From the IMG/VR virus record IMGVR_UViG_2630968567_000005: a stretch of 64,000 bases of DNA. One strand, 5' to 3'. Under the pieces are notes generated by a model, which did no database searches, was not told where the DNA came from, and was given only the letters and a program-made list of their open reading frames with translations. Below, in pieces: positions 28,854-38,539 of this stretch. Position 1 is the stretch's first letter, and each line of letters begins with the position of its first letter. The position numbers were made by a program, and so were the translations under genes. Source of the stretch: an uncultured virus (IMG/VR IMGVR_UViG_2630968567_000005) (Duplodnaviria > Heunggongvirae > Uroviricota > Caudoviricetes).

Positions 28854-29414
28854 AGTTTTTTTCTCGAATCTTTTTATGTCTTTATCAAAAGCGTCGCTCA
28901 TGGGGCGATAAAGCATGTATTCGGCGGTATTAATCCATACATCAATACGGCGGCGGCACGTTGAAATTGATAGGTCTGGGTGCGCTTCCTGCATTTCTTC
29001 TGCCATCGTGTAGCGTTTCTTTTTAAAAATATAATGCTGTTGCAGTATACCAATTAACCCAGGGGTTGATTGTAGAACCAAGCCAACAACCGAATCCATT
29101 AGTAACCCCTCATCATCAGTGCAATAGATTAGATTACTGTGGGCCTTGGGGTTGTTAAGGTCTCCAAATATCTCGAACAGCTCCTCTCTGGATAAGCCTG
29201 ATTTTCTCAGTTGGCTAATAGCTGCTTTTAATGCGGCTTTAGTTATTTGTTGTTTAGCCAATAATCGGGAGAATACCCCCTGAGCACCACCCGTTTTTGC
29301 TATGCGAGACCAGCGCCCCCACATCTTCAGTTTACCCTTGAGCCAAATAAGCTCTAACGTATTTAAGTGTAACTCGTTGCCATCAGCCTTACCGCACGTC
29401 GTTGGATAAATCAT
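28842..29414 (-). CDS. Late antiterminator Q-like (DUF1133-type)
   Basis: 'GKLKMWGRWS', 'TCRRRIDVW'; position before the lysis cassette. Confidence 0.75.
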   Translation of the reverse strand: MIYPTTCGKADGNELHLNTLELIWLKGKLKMWGRWSRIAKTGGAQGVFSRLLAKQQITKAALKAAISQLRKSGLSREELFEIFGDLNNPKAHSNLIYCTDDEGLLMDSVVGLVLQSTPGLIGILQQHYIFKKKRYTMAEEMQEAHPDLSISTCRRRIDVWINTAEYMLYRPMSDAFDKDIKRFEKKTLTI

Positions 29415-29695
29415 AATTTTCCTTCCTTTCTCAATATATTCTGTGTGCGCATAACGCCCTCGGCGTGATATAGGCGTGCCGTGTCGCCATCAATTAAACG
29501 AGTGCGCCGGTCACATTCGTCATGGCATGCACTACATCCCCACGCGGCCTGTTCATCAGAGGGTTTAATTCCGGTACCGCAGGTTCCTGCCAGCCGATAA
29601 TGAGTCAGCACCACTGTTTCAGGGTTACCATTGCACACACCAGGAATACGGACCTGGCATTCACGGCCCTTTGCCTCTTTGCGTAAATTAGCCAT
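29411..29695 (-). CDS. YbcO/DUF1364-like putative nuclease
   Basis: 'LRKEAKGRECQVRIPGVCNGNPETVVL.H...GCSACHD'. Confidence 0.85.
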   Translation of the reverse strand: MANLRKEAKGRECQVRIPGVCNGNPETVVLTHYRLAGTCGTGIKPSDEQAAWGCSACHDECDRRTRLIDGDTARLYHAEGVMRTQNILRKEGKL

Positions 29696-29703
29696 GATTG
29701 CTC

Positions 29704-30297
29704 CTAAGCTGCGTAGCTCATTAATTGACTGGCGGCGTTCTCCGCCTCGGATGGATGACTGAATGATTTACTGAGAATGAAAGTCCACAGAACATTCAGC
29801 ACTGATTTGTATAAATCGTTGAATTCCAGCTCGTCCATTTTTGCGAATGAAATAGAACGGGGCTCACGCAGCGTTGAGCCGTCCGGTAATTCGAACAGAT
29901 CATAATGTCCTGACTCGACAGTCACCCAACGGCGGAAAGCATGGAATGATTTTGCTGTAGATAAGTTCGCCGCTCGTTTACCGGCCACCAGCGCCAGATA
30001 ATCGTCAGCTATTTCATGAAGTACGCCCTCATTCCCCACATAGGAAATAAGTTGGCTTACATAGCCGCGCAGGAATTTTACTTCGAATGGTGATATCGCC
30101 CCACCCTTTGGCTCCCAATATTCAAAGCCAAGGTTGAGTAACGAGAAGAATTTACGGTGAAACGGCGCATTACGCACACGTTTAAATTCGCCAGTGACAA
30201 TAGTCCCCAGCTTGGTATTTTTGACAAAATCCTCAGCATCCGGCGTGGCCGGTACCAAGATCCCACCTGTTGATTTGGTAAAACTATACTGTGCCAT
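29704..30297 (-). CDS. DUF1367-like nin-region protein
   Basis: 'RNAPFHRKFFSLLNLGFEYWEP', 'PRSISFAKMD'. Confidence 0.8.
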   Translation of the reverse strand: MAQYSFTKSTGGILVPATPDAEDFVKNTKLGTIVTGEFKRVRNAPFHRKFFSLLNLGFEYWEPKGGAISPFEVKFLRGYVSQLISYVGNEGVLHEIADDYLALVAGKRAANLSTAKSFHAFRRWVTVESGHYDLFELPDGSTLREPRSISFAKMDELEFNDLYKSVLNVLWTFILSKSFSHPSEAENAASQLMSYAA

Positions 30298-30400
30298 TTC
30301 CGCCCCCGGATGTATGGCACAGCAGCACGATATTTAGGTTGCCAGTTGTTCAGGCTGGCGATAATGATTATATCAGCTAATTAGACTCATCAAACATTAA

Positions 30401-30664
30401 TCATAAATTAATCTTGATGTTATTTGCACCTGCGGCGATTTTTATAAAATAATTTATCAATTTTAAGTCCATCCAGTTCTTTTCGGATAATTGAATAACA
30501 TGGCTTAAAATTGCCTCATGTGTCGAACATGAAGACAAAGGTATCTGATATGGATAGTCAACATTCAATGTAATGTAATCTCCATCCACATATATCTGTT
30601 TTTGAAGACGCTGAAAATCTTCAATAATCTTTTTTTTCATATTCTCATTATCCGCAAACTTCAT
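30401..30664 (-). CDS. AT-rich hypothetical protein (moron)
   Basis: 87-aa ORF with GGAG RBS. Confidence 0.55.
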   Translation of the reverse strand: MKFADNENMKKKIIEDFQRLQKQIYVDGDYITLNVDYPYQIPLSSCSTHEAILSHVIQLSEKNWMDLKLINYFIKIAAGANNIKINL

Positions 30665-30706
30665 TCTTTATCTCCATTTATTATAGTTATGTGACATGTC
30701 GCATCA

Positions 30707-31060
30707 CTATATAGTTAATTTAGTCTCATGCCAGCCAAGAGTTTGCCAGCATTCACTTTCACCTATAAATGCACAGCCCTGACTATCACCAGGTAGGGCA
30801 TCGCCACATTTACCGCACTTGCGCCCAGCTTGCTCTTTGAGCTGCGCCTGTAGCTCTGCGTTATCTTTGCGTATCAACATAGTTATGTACTCGTCCATGT
30901 CATACGGCTCGCGCTGCGGCCGACGCAAGGCGCAGTTCTGCTGTAACATTTCCTTTTCTTGCTGGTCTATCGTCGCTATTAATTTATAACTGCCGTTCTC
31001 ACGTTCTTTTTGCCGTTGTAGGCGTTTACGGGCCGTAGCCCGTTCCTTGGTGTCAGTCAT
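30707..31060 (-). CDS. Putative RHH-like DNA-binding protein with C-terminal Cys cluster
   Basis: Basic helix, RHH-like pattern, CxxC...C...C; homologous to 55176-55535. Confidence 0.65.
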   Translation of the reverse strand: MTDTKERATARKRLQRQKERENGSYKLIATIDQQEKEMLQQNCALRRPQREPYDMDEYITMLIRKDNAELQAQLKEQAGRKCGKCGDALPGDSQGCAFIGESECWQTLGWHETKLTI

Positions 31061-33222
31061 GCCGCCATCCTCCAAATACACAACTCTGGCATATTCGCCC
31101 TTACCAATGCCTCGGCAAAAGGTGGCGGTACCGCATTACCACACCTTGCCACCTGCTCAGATTTAGGCCAGATTGTGCCGTCAATATCTCGGTCAATAAT
31201 GTAGTCTGGCGGGAACCCACTAGCGTTGTACAGTTCACGCGCAATCAGCATGCGCATACAAATATCAACGATGATGTATTCGCCTACCGATAGAAATTGT
31301 GGCCGTGGTGCAGGGAATAAATGCCAGTCGTCCGGCAAATCGCTGAAATGATCCACCAGCCGCGCGCAGTTCCATGCGTTGTAGCGTTGCTCGTCGGTCA
31401 GTGGTTCGGCATCAAGATTGCTTTCCACCAAGCCAAAACGTTCTTTGGTTGTCACAGCATGTATCGGCTCTGATAAATCCACCTCGCCGCCAGTGCCGTA
31501 ATACTTGGTCAGAAATGCGTTTACCAGTCCGACATGATTACCGCCCGCGGTTAAAGTCGGTACCGGTTCGGTGATGGGTTTACCATCGCGACATGTACCA
31601 CGCAGTTGTACCAGGTGAGATGTACAAAGCGCATGGTGATCGACCGTAGTGATAGTATGCAATGGCTCGTTAATATCGATGCCTGCACCGGTGTAATTTC
31701 CACCGTAATGCTTAACAAGGTTAGCAGTGGCGATTGCTGTATGTGACTGAGTAGCAATGGTGTTGATTGGTGAATTGATATCTCGTGGTTTTCCTGAGTA
31801 TGTTGGGCCACCGGCCCCCACCAATACCGCACTGGCTAACTGGCTTTTACCGCCCCCACCCGCTGTAACGGTACCCAGCGGCGTATTGATATCATTTGCC
31901 GTACTGTTACCGAACTGACGTACAACTACCGGCGCAGCAATAGCAAAACCATGCGTTCTGGTTATGGTCTGTAACGGATCGCGCAATGACTGCCCACGGA
32001 AACAATCATATTTGGTTTTGGTGCTGGTGTGATTGCACTTCACCGCATACGGCTCCAGCAACAAATGCTCGGCCTTACTGGTAATTGTGGTTAGTGGCTG
32101 GTCTATTGGGTATTGCAGACGGTCACCACCAAAACCAGTTTGTCCCAGTCGCACAATAAACGGATCGGGGTTATCAATAACAAACCGCTGTAATCCTTTG
32201 ACGATGCGCCGCAAGGTGTTATCAGCCAAATCCTTTTTGCGACCGAAAATAGAACGTGTTGGCTGGCTCCAGTCGATACACTCCGCCGCCGTTCGCCAAG
32301 GTTGCAGCATGCCAGAAAGCACATCAGTAGAGTTGGGTGCGCCGTGGCTTGGCTCCGGCCAGACAACTGGCTCACCGTCACAACGCCCAACCACAAACAA
32401 CCGTTTTCTAATAGTGGGTGTGCCGTAATCACAGGCTTTCAGTTCCCGGTGATCAACGTTATAACCCAGCCCTGAAACCAACCTTGCTGCTTCAGGGCCA
32501 TTGATATCTATCTTCAAGAATTCACACACTTCGACCAGTGCGGGGTGATTAGCATCAATCCCAGTACCTAGCATGCCAATAAACGCTTTGAACGTTTCGC
32601 CTTTACGGGCTGGATCAGGTCGGTGATTGCCTTCACTATCCGTCAAAAGTGGCCCCCAGCCGCGAAATTCTTCGACGTTCTCCAGCATCAGAAAACGTGG
32701 GCGTACTGCCAGCGCCCAGCGCAATACGACCCATGCCAGACCACGAATCTCTTTCTTGACTGGCGTTCCGCCCTTGGCCTTAGAGAAATGGCGGCAATCA
32801 GGACTAAACCAACCCAGTAATACCGGTAAACCGCCCGTTGAGATGAGCGGATCAACACTGAAAATATCCTCAGGGTAATGCAGCGTGCGCGGGTGATTAA
32901 TGGCATGCATCGCCATGGCTACCGGATTATGGTTCATCGCGATGTGTGGTTCATAGCCTAATGCTTGCTTGATTCCCTCGCAGCTCCCACCGCCACCAGC
33001 GAACCCAACGACAACCAGACCATCCTGCAAATCAGGTCGTGCAACTGTGATTTCTTTGCGCCGCGCCCATGCATGAGCCGCCTTTTGAATGTTGCGCGGG
33101 TCTTCTCGCGTCAAAAACATTTGGTTCATATTGGCCAGTAGCTGCTGTTGCTCTGGCTCACTCATTGGGTGAACAGGAATGACTGATGAGGCACATTGCT
33201 GAACTTCAGTAGGCCAGATCAT
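31057..33222 (-). CDS. DNA cytosine-5 methyltransferase
   Basis: FAGGGG (motif I), SPDC (IV), ENV (VI), R.R (VIII), GNAV (X). Confidence 0.92.
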   Translation of the reverse strand: MIWPTEVQQCASSVIPVHPMSEPEQQQLLANMNQMFLTREDPRNIQKAAHAWARRKEITVARPDLQDGLVVVGFAGGGGSCEGIKQALGYEPHIAMNHNPVAMAMHAINHPRTLHYPEDIFSVDPLISTGGLPVLLGWFSPDCRHFSKAKGGTPVKKEIRGLAWVVLRWALAVRPRFLMLENVEEFRGWGPLLTDSEGNHRPDPARKGETFKAFIGMLGTGIDANHPALVEVCEFLKIDINGPEAARLVSGLGYNVDHRELKACDYGTPTIRKRLFVVGRCDGEPVVWPEPSHGAPNSTDVLSGMLQPWRTAAECIDWSQPTRSIFGRKKDLADNTLRRIVKGLQRFVIDNPDPFIVRLGQTGFGGDRLQYPIDQPLTTITSKAEHLLLEPYAVKCNHTSTKTKYDCFRGQSLRDPLQTITRTHGFAIAAPVVVRQFGNSTANDINTPLGTVTAGGGGKSQLASAVLVGAGGPTYSGKPRDINSPINTIATQSHTAIATANLVKHYGGNYTGAGIDINEPLHTITTVDHHALCTSHLVQLRGTCRDGKPITEPVPTLTAGGNHVGLVNAFLTKYYGTGGEVDLSEPIHAVTTKERFGLVESNLDAEPLTDEQRYNAWNCARLVDHFSDLPDDWHLFPAPRPQFLSVGEYIIVDICMRMLIARELYNASGFPPDYIIDRDIDGTIWPKSEQVARCGNAVPPPFAEALVRANMPELCIWRMAA

Positions 33223-33725
33223 TGCGCCCCCTCACGTAGTCTTGCTGCGAAATCAAGAATATTGGAAATCTCGCCTGTATCTGCCATTACACCAACGTCA
33301 AAGGCTTGTACGTGACGGTGCTGCGCAAATTTTTCAACACCACTCGCCTCTACATCATTAAGAGCCAGAATGGTTGCAGGGACACTAATTACTTCGTATA
33401 GCGCCTCAAATGCATCTTCTTCATAGTCGCCACATGAAGAGATGCCATCTACCGTATTCAGATGCCCCCTGTTGTAACCAGCGTTATATACATGGACGCA
33501 GGATTGTTGAAGTGCTGCGTTCTCGGCAACAATCACATTATATTTCCCCTGCCACTCCAAACACTCCCGCTCATAATGCTTCGCTGTGCGCCGGTTCTTA
33601 TTAGCTGAGGTCACCAGCTCCGCTATGCGATCAGCGATGCCGTTTAGCACCTCACTTTCACGTGGTTCCACTCTTTCCGCTGCTGAACGAATTGCAGCAA
33701 TCATGCCATCGGTTGAAATATTCAT
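33219..33725 (-). CDS. Hypothetical protein (Ead-like)
   Basis: 'VAENAALQ' coiled coil, 'VEASGVEKFA', 'FAARLREGA'. Confidence 0.55.
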   Translation of the reverse strand: MNISTDGMIAAIRSAAERVEPRESEVLNGIADRIAELVTSANKNRRTAKHYERECLEWQGKYNVIVAENAALQQSCVHVYNAGYNRGHLNTVDGISSCGDYEEDAFEALYEVISVPATILALNDVEASGVEKFAQHRHVQAFDVGVMADTGEISNILDFAARLREGAQ

Positions 33726-33973
33726 TTGGTCTCGCCTCTGTGGTCTCTACGGTCACGCCAGTAATTTAAGCGCTCTTTAAAAAACTCTCGGTAATGCACC
33801 GGTACCCGTTCAATCGCTTCAAGTACATGAGCGCGGTTGGTCCTGCGCTCGTACAGGTTTTTGATTAAGCCGCTGGCTCTCAAATCAAGATTTAGCTTTT
33901 CTTGGTATTCCTGAGGCCAGAGGCAAATGTTGTACGGGAGTCCGGGCGGGAGATAATCAGATTGCCCGGACAT
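33722..33973 (-). CDS. DNA polymerase III theta-like protein (HolE/Hot-like)
   Basis: 'YNI...QEYQEKLNLDLRASG...PVHYREFFKERLNYWR' resembles theta. Confidence 0.65.
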   Translation of the reverse strand: MSGQSDYLPPGLPYNICLWPQEYQEKLNLDLRASGLIKNLYERRTNRAHVLEAIERVPVHYREFFKERLNYWRDRRDHRGETK

Positions 33974-33977
33974 GGTA

Positions 33978-34358
33978 TTAACTCCCCATGCCTACAGTGC
34001 TCATCAGTTGATTTATTCGGGATGCTCGCAAGCAGTACGCCAACTCCTTATCATCAAATGGCATTCTGGCGGGTTTAGTTCGGGGTTCGCTTTTATTGCG
34101 TTTGACTTGTGTGTCAGAGAATCGGAAAAAATCCTCTGAGATACTGTTGAGGGTGTATTGAGTCTTTCGACCATTGCGGCGGGTAATGTCTGCATGAGGT
34201 GAGAGCACCATGCTTCTCACACGGATACGCAGTACGTTAATAGGCATTTCAGCATTAGGGAATTTTAAAGCTATAGCCTCGATAATCTGGCTGTAGCTCA
34301 TGCTTTGGCCCAGCATAACCTCAGCCAATTCACGGGTAGTTAGTTCACGTTTTTTCAT
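33978..34358 (-). CDS. Hypothetical protein, possible winged helix
   Basis: 126-aa ORF after dnaB. Confidence 0.55.
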   Translation of the reverse strand: MKKRELTTRELAEVMLGQSMSYSQIIEAIALKFPNAEMPINVLRIRVRSMVLSPHADITRRNGRKTQYTLNSISEDFFRFSDTQVKRNKSEPRTKPARMPFDDKELAYCLRASRINQLMSTVGMGS

Positions 34359-34402
34359 GGTCTTGCCTCTTTTGGGGTTACTTAAACGCTGGTCAGGCGC
34401 GG

Positions 34403-35764
34403 TTAAAATTTTTTTGTTGAGTAACTTTTATTGTTTGATTTTGCTTCCTGCTGCATACGGCATACTTGCTCTGCACTAGTTTGGTTAGTTGGCATGTAAT
34501 GCCCATTTTTAAATTGCTGGTACACGACACCCGGAATGCCAAATCTATCTTTAGCTAAAATCAATTCGGCGTAGTCCTTGGCTGGACTGAGTGGGTTATA
34601 AATAACATCGCGGTAGGTGAAAATTATTCGGTCAGCGTCTTGTTCAACAGAACCAGAGTCACGCAGATCGGCGGGAACGGGACGACGCATACCCGCGGGC
34701 CTTTCGTCCACCTTTCTAGATAGTTGGCTTAAGGCGATAACAGGCGTATGGATGCGTTTTGCAAGGGCTTTGAGGCCACCGGATATTTTGCCAACGGCCA
34801 GATCATGCCGCTCAGCTTTTGGTGTGGTAATTAGCCCCATGTAATCAACAAATACGCCACTCAAGTGCGGGTAACGGCGTTTATGCGTTTCAGAAATGGC
34901 GCGTATCTGATCAATGGTGAGTTCGCTGGCATCAACAATCCAAATATCCTGATTAACCAACTCGCCAAGGCTGTTAGATATGCGCGCCCAATCCTCCTCA
35001 TAAAGTACGCCAGAACGCAATTTGGATACGGGTAGTTGGGCAGATCCGGCAATGGTACGTTCGGTAATCTGCTGTGCTGCCATCTCCATAGAGAACAACA
35101 AAGCGCCACCACCATTACGGGTCATGCCGTTAATCATGCTTAACGCCAACTCTGTTTTACCCATGCCGGGGCGTCCGGCCAGTATAATTAAATCGGTGGG
35201 GTTAAAGCCTCCGGTCAACTGATCCAGCGGTTCAATGCCGGTCATGATCATGCGGGTTTCTTCTGCGCCTAAGTTCCGTTTTTCCAGCGTGTCGACATAG
35301 GTATCCATCAATTCCTTGATGTGTACCGGCATTAAGCCGCCACTTTCGCTTGTTAATTCGGTCATGGTGACCATGAATTCAGCTACAGCAAACTTGGCCT
35401 GTTCATGACTGTGAGAGGCGGCCAATTGCTGCTGCCCTTTTTGGATTGCTGCCGTCAACGCACGTACATGCCAATATTCGCGAACCAGGTCTGCATAGCC
35501 CTTGAGATTTGCAGCGCTCCAACAGCTTTTTGCTGTGCTTAAGACGTTGGCAAAATCATCACCCCCCATCGACTCGCCGACTAAGATCGGATCAATGACT
35601 GACGTCCCCAGCGCCTGACGCTTAATCTCGATATACACGCGGCGGAAGAATGCCGTATTAAAGGCGTCCTCAGGCAAAGTGGCAATAACGTCATAGGCAT
35701 CTGGTGTAGCGCCACCGAGCAGCAGGCCACCCACTACCGCTGACTCTAAATCGTATGCATTCAT
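34403..35764 (-). CDS. dnaB: Phage DnaB-like replicative helicase
   Basis: 'AGRPGMGKT', 'FSMEM', 'VDYM', 'LSQLSR', 'DLRDSGSVEQDAD'. Confidence 0.95.
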   Translation of the reverse strand: MNAYDLESAVVGGLLLGGATPDAYDVIATLPEDAFNTAFFRRVYIEIKRQALGTSVIDPILVGESMGGDDFANVLSTAKSCWSAANLKGYADLVREYWHVRALTAAIQKGQQQLAASHSHEQAKFAVAEFMVTMTELTSESGGLMPVHIKELMDTYVDTLEKRNLGAEETRMIMTGIEPLDQLTGGFNPTDLIILAGRPGMGKTELALSMINGMTRNGGGALLFSMEMAAQQITERTIAGSAQLPVSKLRSGVLYEEDWARISNSLGELVNQDIWIVDASELTIDQIRAISETHKRRYPHLSGVFVDYMGLITTPKAERHDLAVGKISGGLKALAKRIHTPVIALSQLSRKVDERPAGMRRPVPADLRDSGSVEQDADRIIFTYRDVIYNPLSPAKDYAELILAKDRFGIPGVVYQQFKNGHYMPTNQTSAEQVCRMQQEAKSNNKSYSTKKF

Positions 35765-36735
35765 AGCGCACCATCACGGGTTTTTCTTAAAACTTCCGGT
35801 TTCATCAGATAATCAAAGTTTGCCCGCCAGCCTGCCCCATCATCACCACCGAAATAAAACACGGTTGCCTGTCCGCGAAAGGCTTCGAAGTAGCTCTGGA
35901 ACGCTTCAAGGTCTTTGGTTTTGAGGTATTGGAGTAATTCGCGGATGGCGTGTTTACGGTCCTGATCGATTTCAGCCGGTGGCAAAACATCGCTGAATAC
36001 ACGGTTATACGCAGCAATGACCTCATCGCAATCAATCCGCCCGGCAGACTCAGACCATGCGCGGGCATCAGCCAGATAACCATCGAACCGGTTTACACGG
36101 CAGATATTCGCAGGTTTGGCATACTTGCCGTTGCGGGGTTTCCATGTGCTGACTACCCATAGGGCCACCAGTTGCAAATCAGCCAGCGCGTAGGCTTTGC
36201 GTGATTTCGTTGCCGTCAGCAAGGTTTCGAATGGGCTAGAATCTTCACACCGAGTGTGAGTGAGTTCGTTGTAATACGCCAAAGCCTTTTCAGCGTCAGC
36301 GAGAATATTTTCGGTTTCCCCTTGAGGGGTAAGGGGTGTATTTGGATCTATGACTGGTTCAAAAGAGTGACTGGTTCTGGGTGCAGCATTTGCACCACTA
36401 ACCGGTGCACCATTTACACCAGAGGGTGCAGGAGATTCACCATAGGGTGCAGCATTTGCACCAGCGGAATTTAAGCGCAGGTGATAAACATTTGAACGAT
36501 TCAGGCCATTATCAGATTTACGTTCTTCAATCCTAACCAGCCCACTTTTGACCAGTTCTTGAATATGATTCTGTACCGAGCGTTCGGATATTTCACACTG
36601 ATCGGCAATGTAGGGAACCGATGGCCAGCACTCGCCCTGATCGTTCGCATTATCAGCTAATTTTATCAGCACTAACTTTCGTAACGGGTTGCCGACTTTG
36701 ATATTCATGGCCCGAGCCATTAGATTCATGCTCAT
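35761..36735 (-). CDS. Replication initiator (HTH) containing the origin
   Basis: 'KLVLIKLADNANDQGECWPS' HTH; internal iterons. Confidence 0.88.
   Translation of the reverse strand: MSMNLMARAMNIKVGNPLRKLVLIKLADNANDQGECWPSVPYIADQCEISERSVQNHIQELVKSGLVRIEERKSDNGLNRSNVYHLRLNSAGANAAPYGESPAPSGVNGAPVSGANAAPRTSHSFEPVIDPNTPLTPQGETENILADAEKALAYYNELTHTRCEDSSPFETLLTATKSRKAYALADLQLVALWVVSTWKPRNGKYAKPANICRVNRFDGYLADARAWSESAGRIDCDEVIAAYNRVFSDVLPPAEIDQDRKHAIRELLQYLKTKDLEAFQSYFEAFRGQATVFYFGGDDGAGWRANFDYLMKPEVLRKTRDGAL
36380..36462. repeat. Four 17-bp iterons (phage replication origin)
   Basis: GGTGCAGCATTTGCACC x2 plus GGTGCACCATTTACACC and GGTGCAGGAGATTCACC at 36380, 36404, 36425, 36446. Confidence 0.8.
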
Positions 36736-36737
36736 AG

Positions 36738-36962
36738 TCAGATCCCTAGCGCTTCGGCTATTTGCCGACAGGCAGACTGATAATCGTCAGGCGATAGGTT
36801 CATCCCGCGCAGGTCGGCTTTCTTTTGTTCATACTGCTCCCACACGCTATAGGCGGCTACCTGACGCCCGGCAAAAATAGGGGCGATGTCAACCATGCTT
36901 GCCGGTTGGCCGTTAAGCCGGAATCCGTTGCGCCAGGTGATTTTGTCGATAGATGTAAGCAT
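36738..36962 (-). CDS. Hypothetical protein
   Basis: 74-aa ORF with AGAGG RBS. Confidence 0.65.
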   Translation of the reverse strand: MLTSIDKITWRNGFRLNGQPASMVDIAPIFAGRQVAAYSVWEQYEQKKADLRGMNLSPDDYQSACRQIAEALGI

Positions 36963-36978
36963 TGGTCTTGCCTCTGTT

Positions 36979-37443
36979 TTATACGGTGGTCAGCCGGTGG
37001 TGTTGTGGTCTGATTGCGTGAAGTGCCGCAACAGCGCCCGATATCCTTTGTGACATGTCACAGCCATCTAATAGAACCGCGCTAATTGCTGCGGCAAACT
37101 CTCGACTGGCAATCGAAACCAAATAATTCACGGTCTCGCCATTCACCCTGGCCCGCCGTTCTGCCGGGAGTGCCGCTTTAAGTACCGGTGATAATTCCAA
37201 GACCTTGCGCATTGATGCTTTTGAATCCCCGCGCAGCCAGCGAAATAACTGCTGCCGGTTGTTGTTAATAGACTTCCAATCAGCGCCGCCCTGCCCGTTT
37301 TCAATGGGAGTGAGACGAACTGAACCGGTGTTGATATTGAGCAAGAAAAACATTCTGCTGATCTCGATAGCTACATGCTCCTGCCCCCGCTCTGCCGCCC
37401 ACGCCTGAACTTCGGCTTTAAGGGCTTTAATTTCTTGTTCCAC
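36979..37443 (-). CDS. YdaT/CII-like regulator
   Basis: Follows cro; 'VQAWAAERGQEHVA', 'NNRQQLFRWL'. Confidence 0.8.
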   Translation of the reverse strand: MEQEIKALKAEVQAWAAERGQEHVAIEISRMFFLLNINTGSVRLTPIENGQGGADWKSINNNRQQLFRWLRGDSKASMRKVLELSPVLKAALPAERRARVNGETVNYLVSIASREFAAAISAVLLDGCDMSQRISGAVAALHAIRPQHHRLTTV

Positions 37444-37466
37444 GTTGCGTCTCCTGTCGCAGGAAA

Positions 37467-37510
37467 TTGATTATTGATAATCAGATTTGTGAGTGGGATT
37501 GGGTTAGGCT
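37467..37510 (+). promoter_or_regulatory. YdaT/CII-type site and pRE-like promoter
   Basis: TTGATT-N6-AATCAG followed after 20 nt by TAGGCT. Confidence 0.6.
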
Positions 37511-37689
37511 GCACTTCGATACATAGCGGGGTCATATTTCAGTTCGCCATGAGTCATGCGTTCAATCTTCATTGCCTGTTTCTCAGGGATAATTGCCCCC
37601 CAACGGCAAACTGCTGGGTGCTTTATGCCTAAGGCCGTGGCGGTATTCACTACCCCACCAAAAAACTTGACGACATCTTTCTTGTTCAT
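37504..37689 (-). CDS. cro: Cro-like repressor
   Basis: 'VVKFFGGVVNTATALGIKHPAVCRWGAIIPEKQA'. Confidence 0.9.
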   Translation of the reverse strand: MNKKDVVKFFGGVVNTATALGIKHPAVCRWGAIIPEKQAMKIERMTHGELKYDPAMYRSAA

Positions 37690-37719
37690 AGGAACTCCTT
37701 GTTTAACTCAGGATGAAAG

Positions 37720-37781
37720 GTAACAAAAGGTACATAACAATGCAAACACTTTTCACATCGCTATGGCGTAACATTGGTTAC
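37720..37781. promoter_or_regulatory. OR operators
   Basis: GTAACAAAAGGTAC (37720) and GTAACATTGGTTAC (37768); the second abuts the cI ATG. Confidence 0.65.
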
Positions 37782-38444
37782 ATGAAAAATGAAATGAATG
37801 ACCGCATCCGTCTTCGCAGACTGCAGCTAGATCTCACGCAAGTCCAATTAGCCAAAGCTATTGGGGTGAGCCGTGTATCAGTGACAAAATGGGAGTCAGG
37901 AATCACTAAACCAGATGGGGAAAATCTTCACCGGCTGGCGCAAATACTTTCATGCACGCCAGAGTGGTTACTCTATGGTACCGGAGATTTACGTCAGGTT
38001 GACGATACGAAGATTAAGCCCCTCGTCGCTGTGCCTAATGCCATACCTGTCATCTCATCCGTTCAAGCCGGTGCCTGGACAGAAACCTACTCCGCCGCCC
38101 GTATCTCTGATGTTCTTAGATGGTGCAACACCACAGTGAAGGTTTCTGAAAACGCATTTGGTTTGGATGTTCGGGGTGAGTCAATGACCAACCCCAATGG
38201 TTCCCCTTCTATCCCCGAGGGGTCTACCGTTATCGTAGAACCTAATTATGGTTCTATTGATGATTTGTACGGTAAAATAGTGGTCGCCATCATTGATGGC
38301 AGCTCCGAGGCCACCATTAAAAAGTTAGTTGTTGATGGCCCCAATAAATACCTAATGCCTTTAAATCCCAATTTCAAACCCATCGAAATAAACGGCAATT
38401 GCCGTATTCTCGGTCGCGTTGTTCAGGTTACCCAAGACCTGTAA
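37782..38444 (+). CDS. cI: CI repressor (HTH + S24 peptidase)
   Basis: HTH, 'VQAG' cleavage site, 'GESM', 'ATIKKL'; start moved to MKNEMN. Confidence 0.95.
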   Translation: MKNEMNDRIRLRRLQLDLTQVQLAKAIGVSRVSVTKWESGITKPDGENLHRLAQILSCTPEWLLYGTGDLRQVDDTKIKPLVAVPNAIPVISSVQAGAWTETYSAARISDVLRWCNTTVKVSENAFGLDVRGESMTNPNGSPSIPEGSTVIVEPNYGSIDDLYGKIVVAIIDGSSEATIKKLVVDGPNKYLMPLNPNFKPIEINGNCRILGRVVQVTQDL

Positions 38445-38449
38445 TCAAT

Positions 38450-38476
38450 AGCCCATCCCCCTGATGGGCTTTTTTA
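38450..38476 (+). terminator. Rho-independent terminator after cI
   Basis: AGCCCATC-CCCCT-GATGGGCT followed by a T-run. Confidence 0.75.
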
Positions 38477-38487
38477 TGCCCCTAAAT

Positions 38488-38539
38488 GTAACTATTGGAA
38501 CACCCCCTTATTGACACGAAAGGTAACTATAGGTACATT
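38488..38539 (+). promoter_or_regulatory. pL promoter with OL operators
   Basis: TTGACA(38511)-17-TACATT; GTAACTATTGGAAC and GTAACTATAGGTAC. Confidence 0.75.

Noticed and set aside
36380..36462. CRISPR-like repeat array
   Set aside because: Spacers of only 4-7 nt inside the initiator gene; these are origin iterons, and no cas genes are present
37049..37062. Genuine host matS site
   Set aside because: The spacer is 2 nt rather than the 3 nt of GTGACRNYGTCAC; reported only as matS-like
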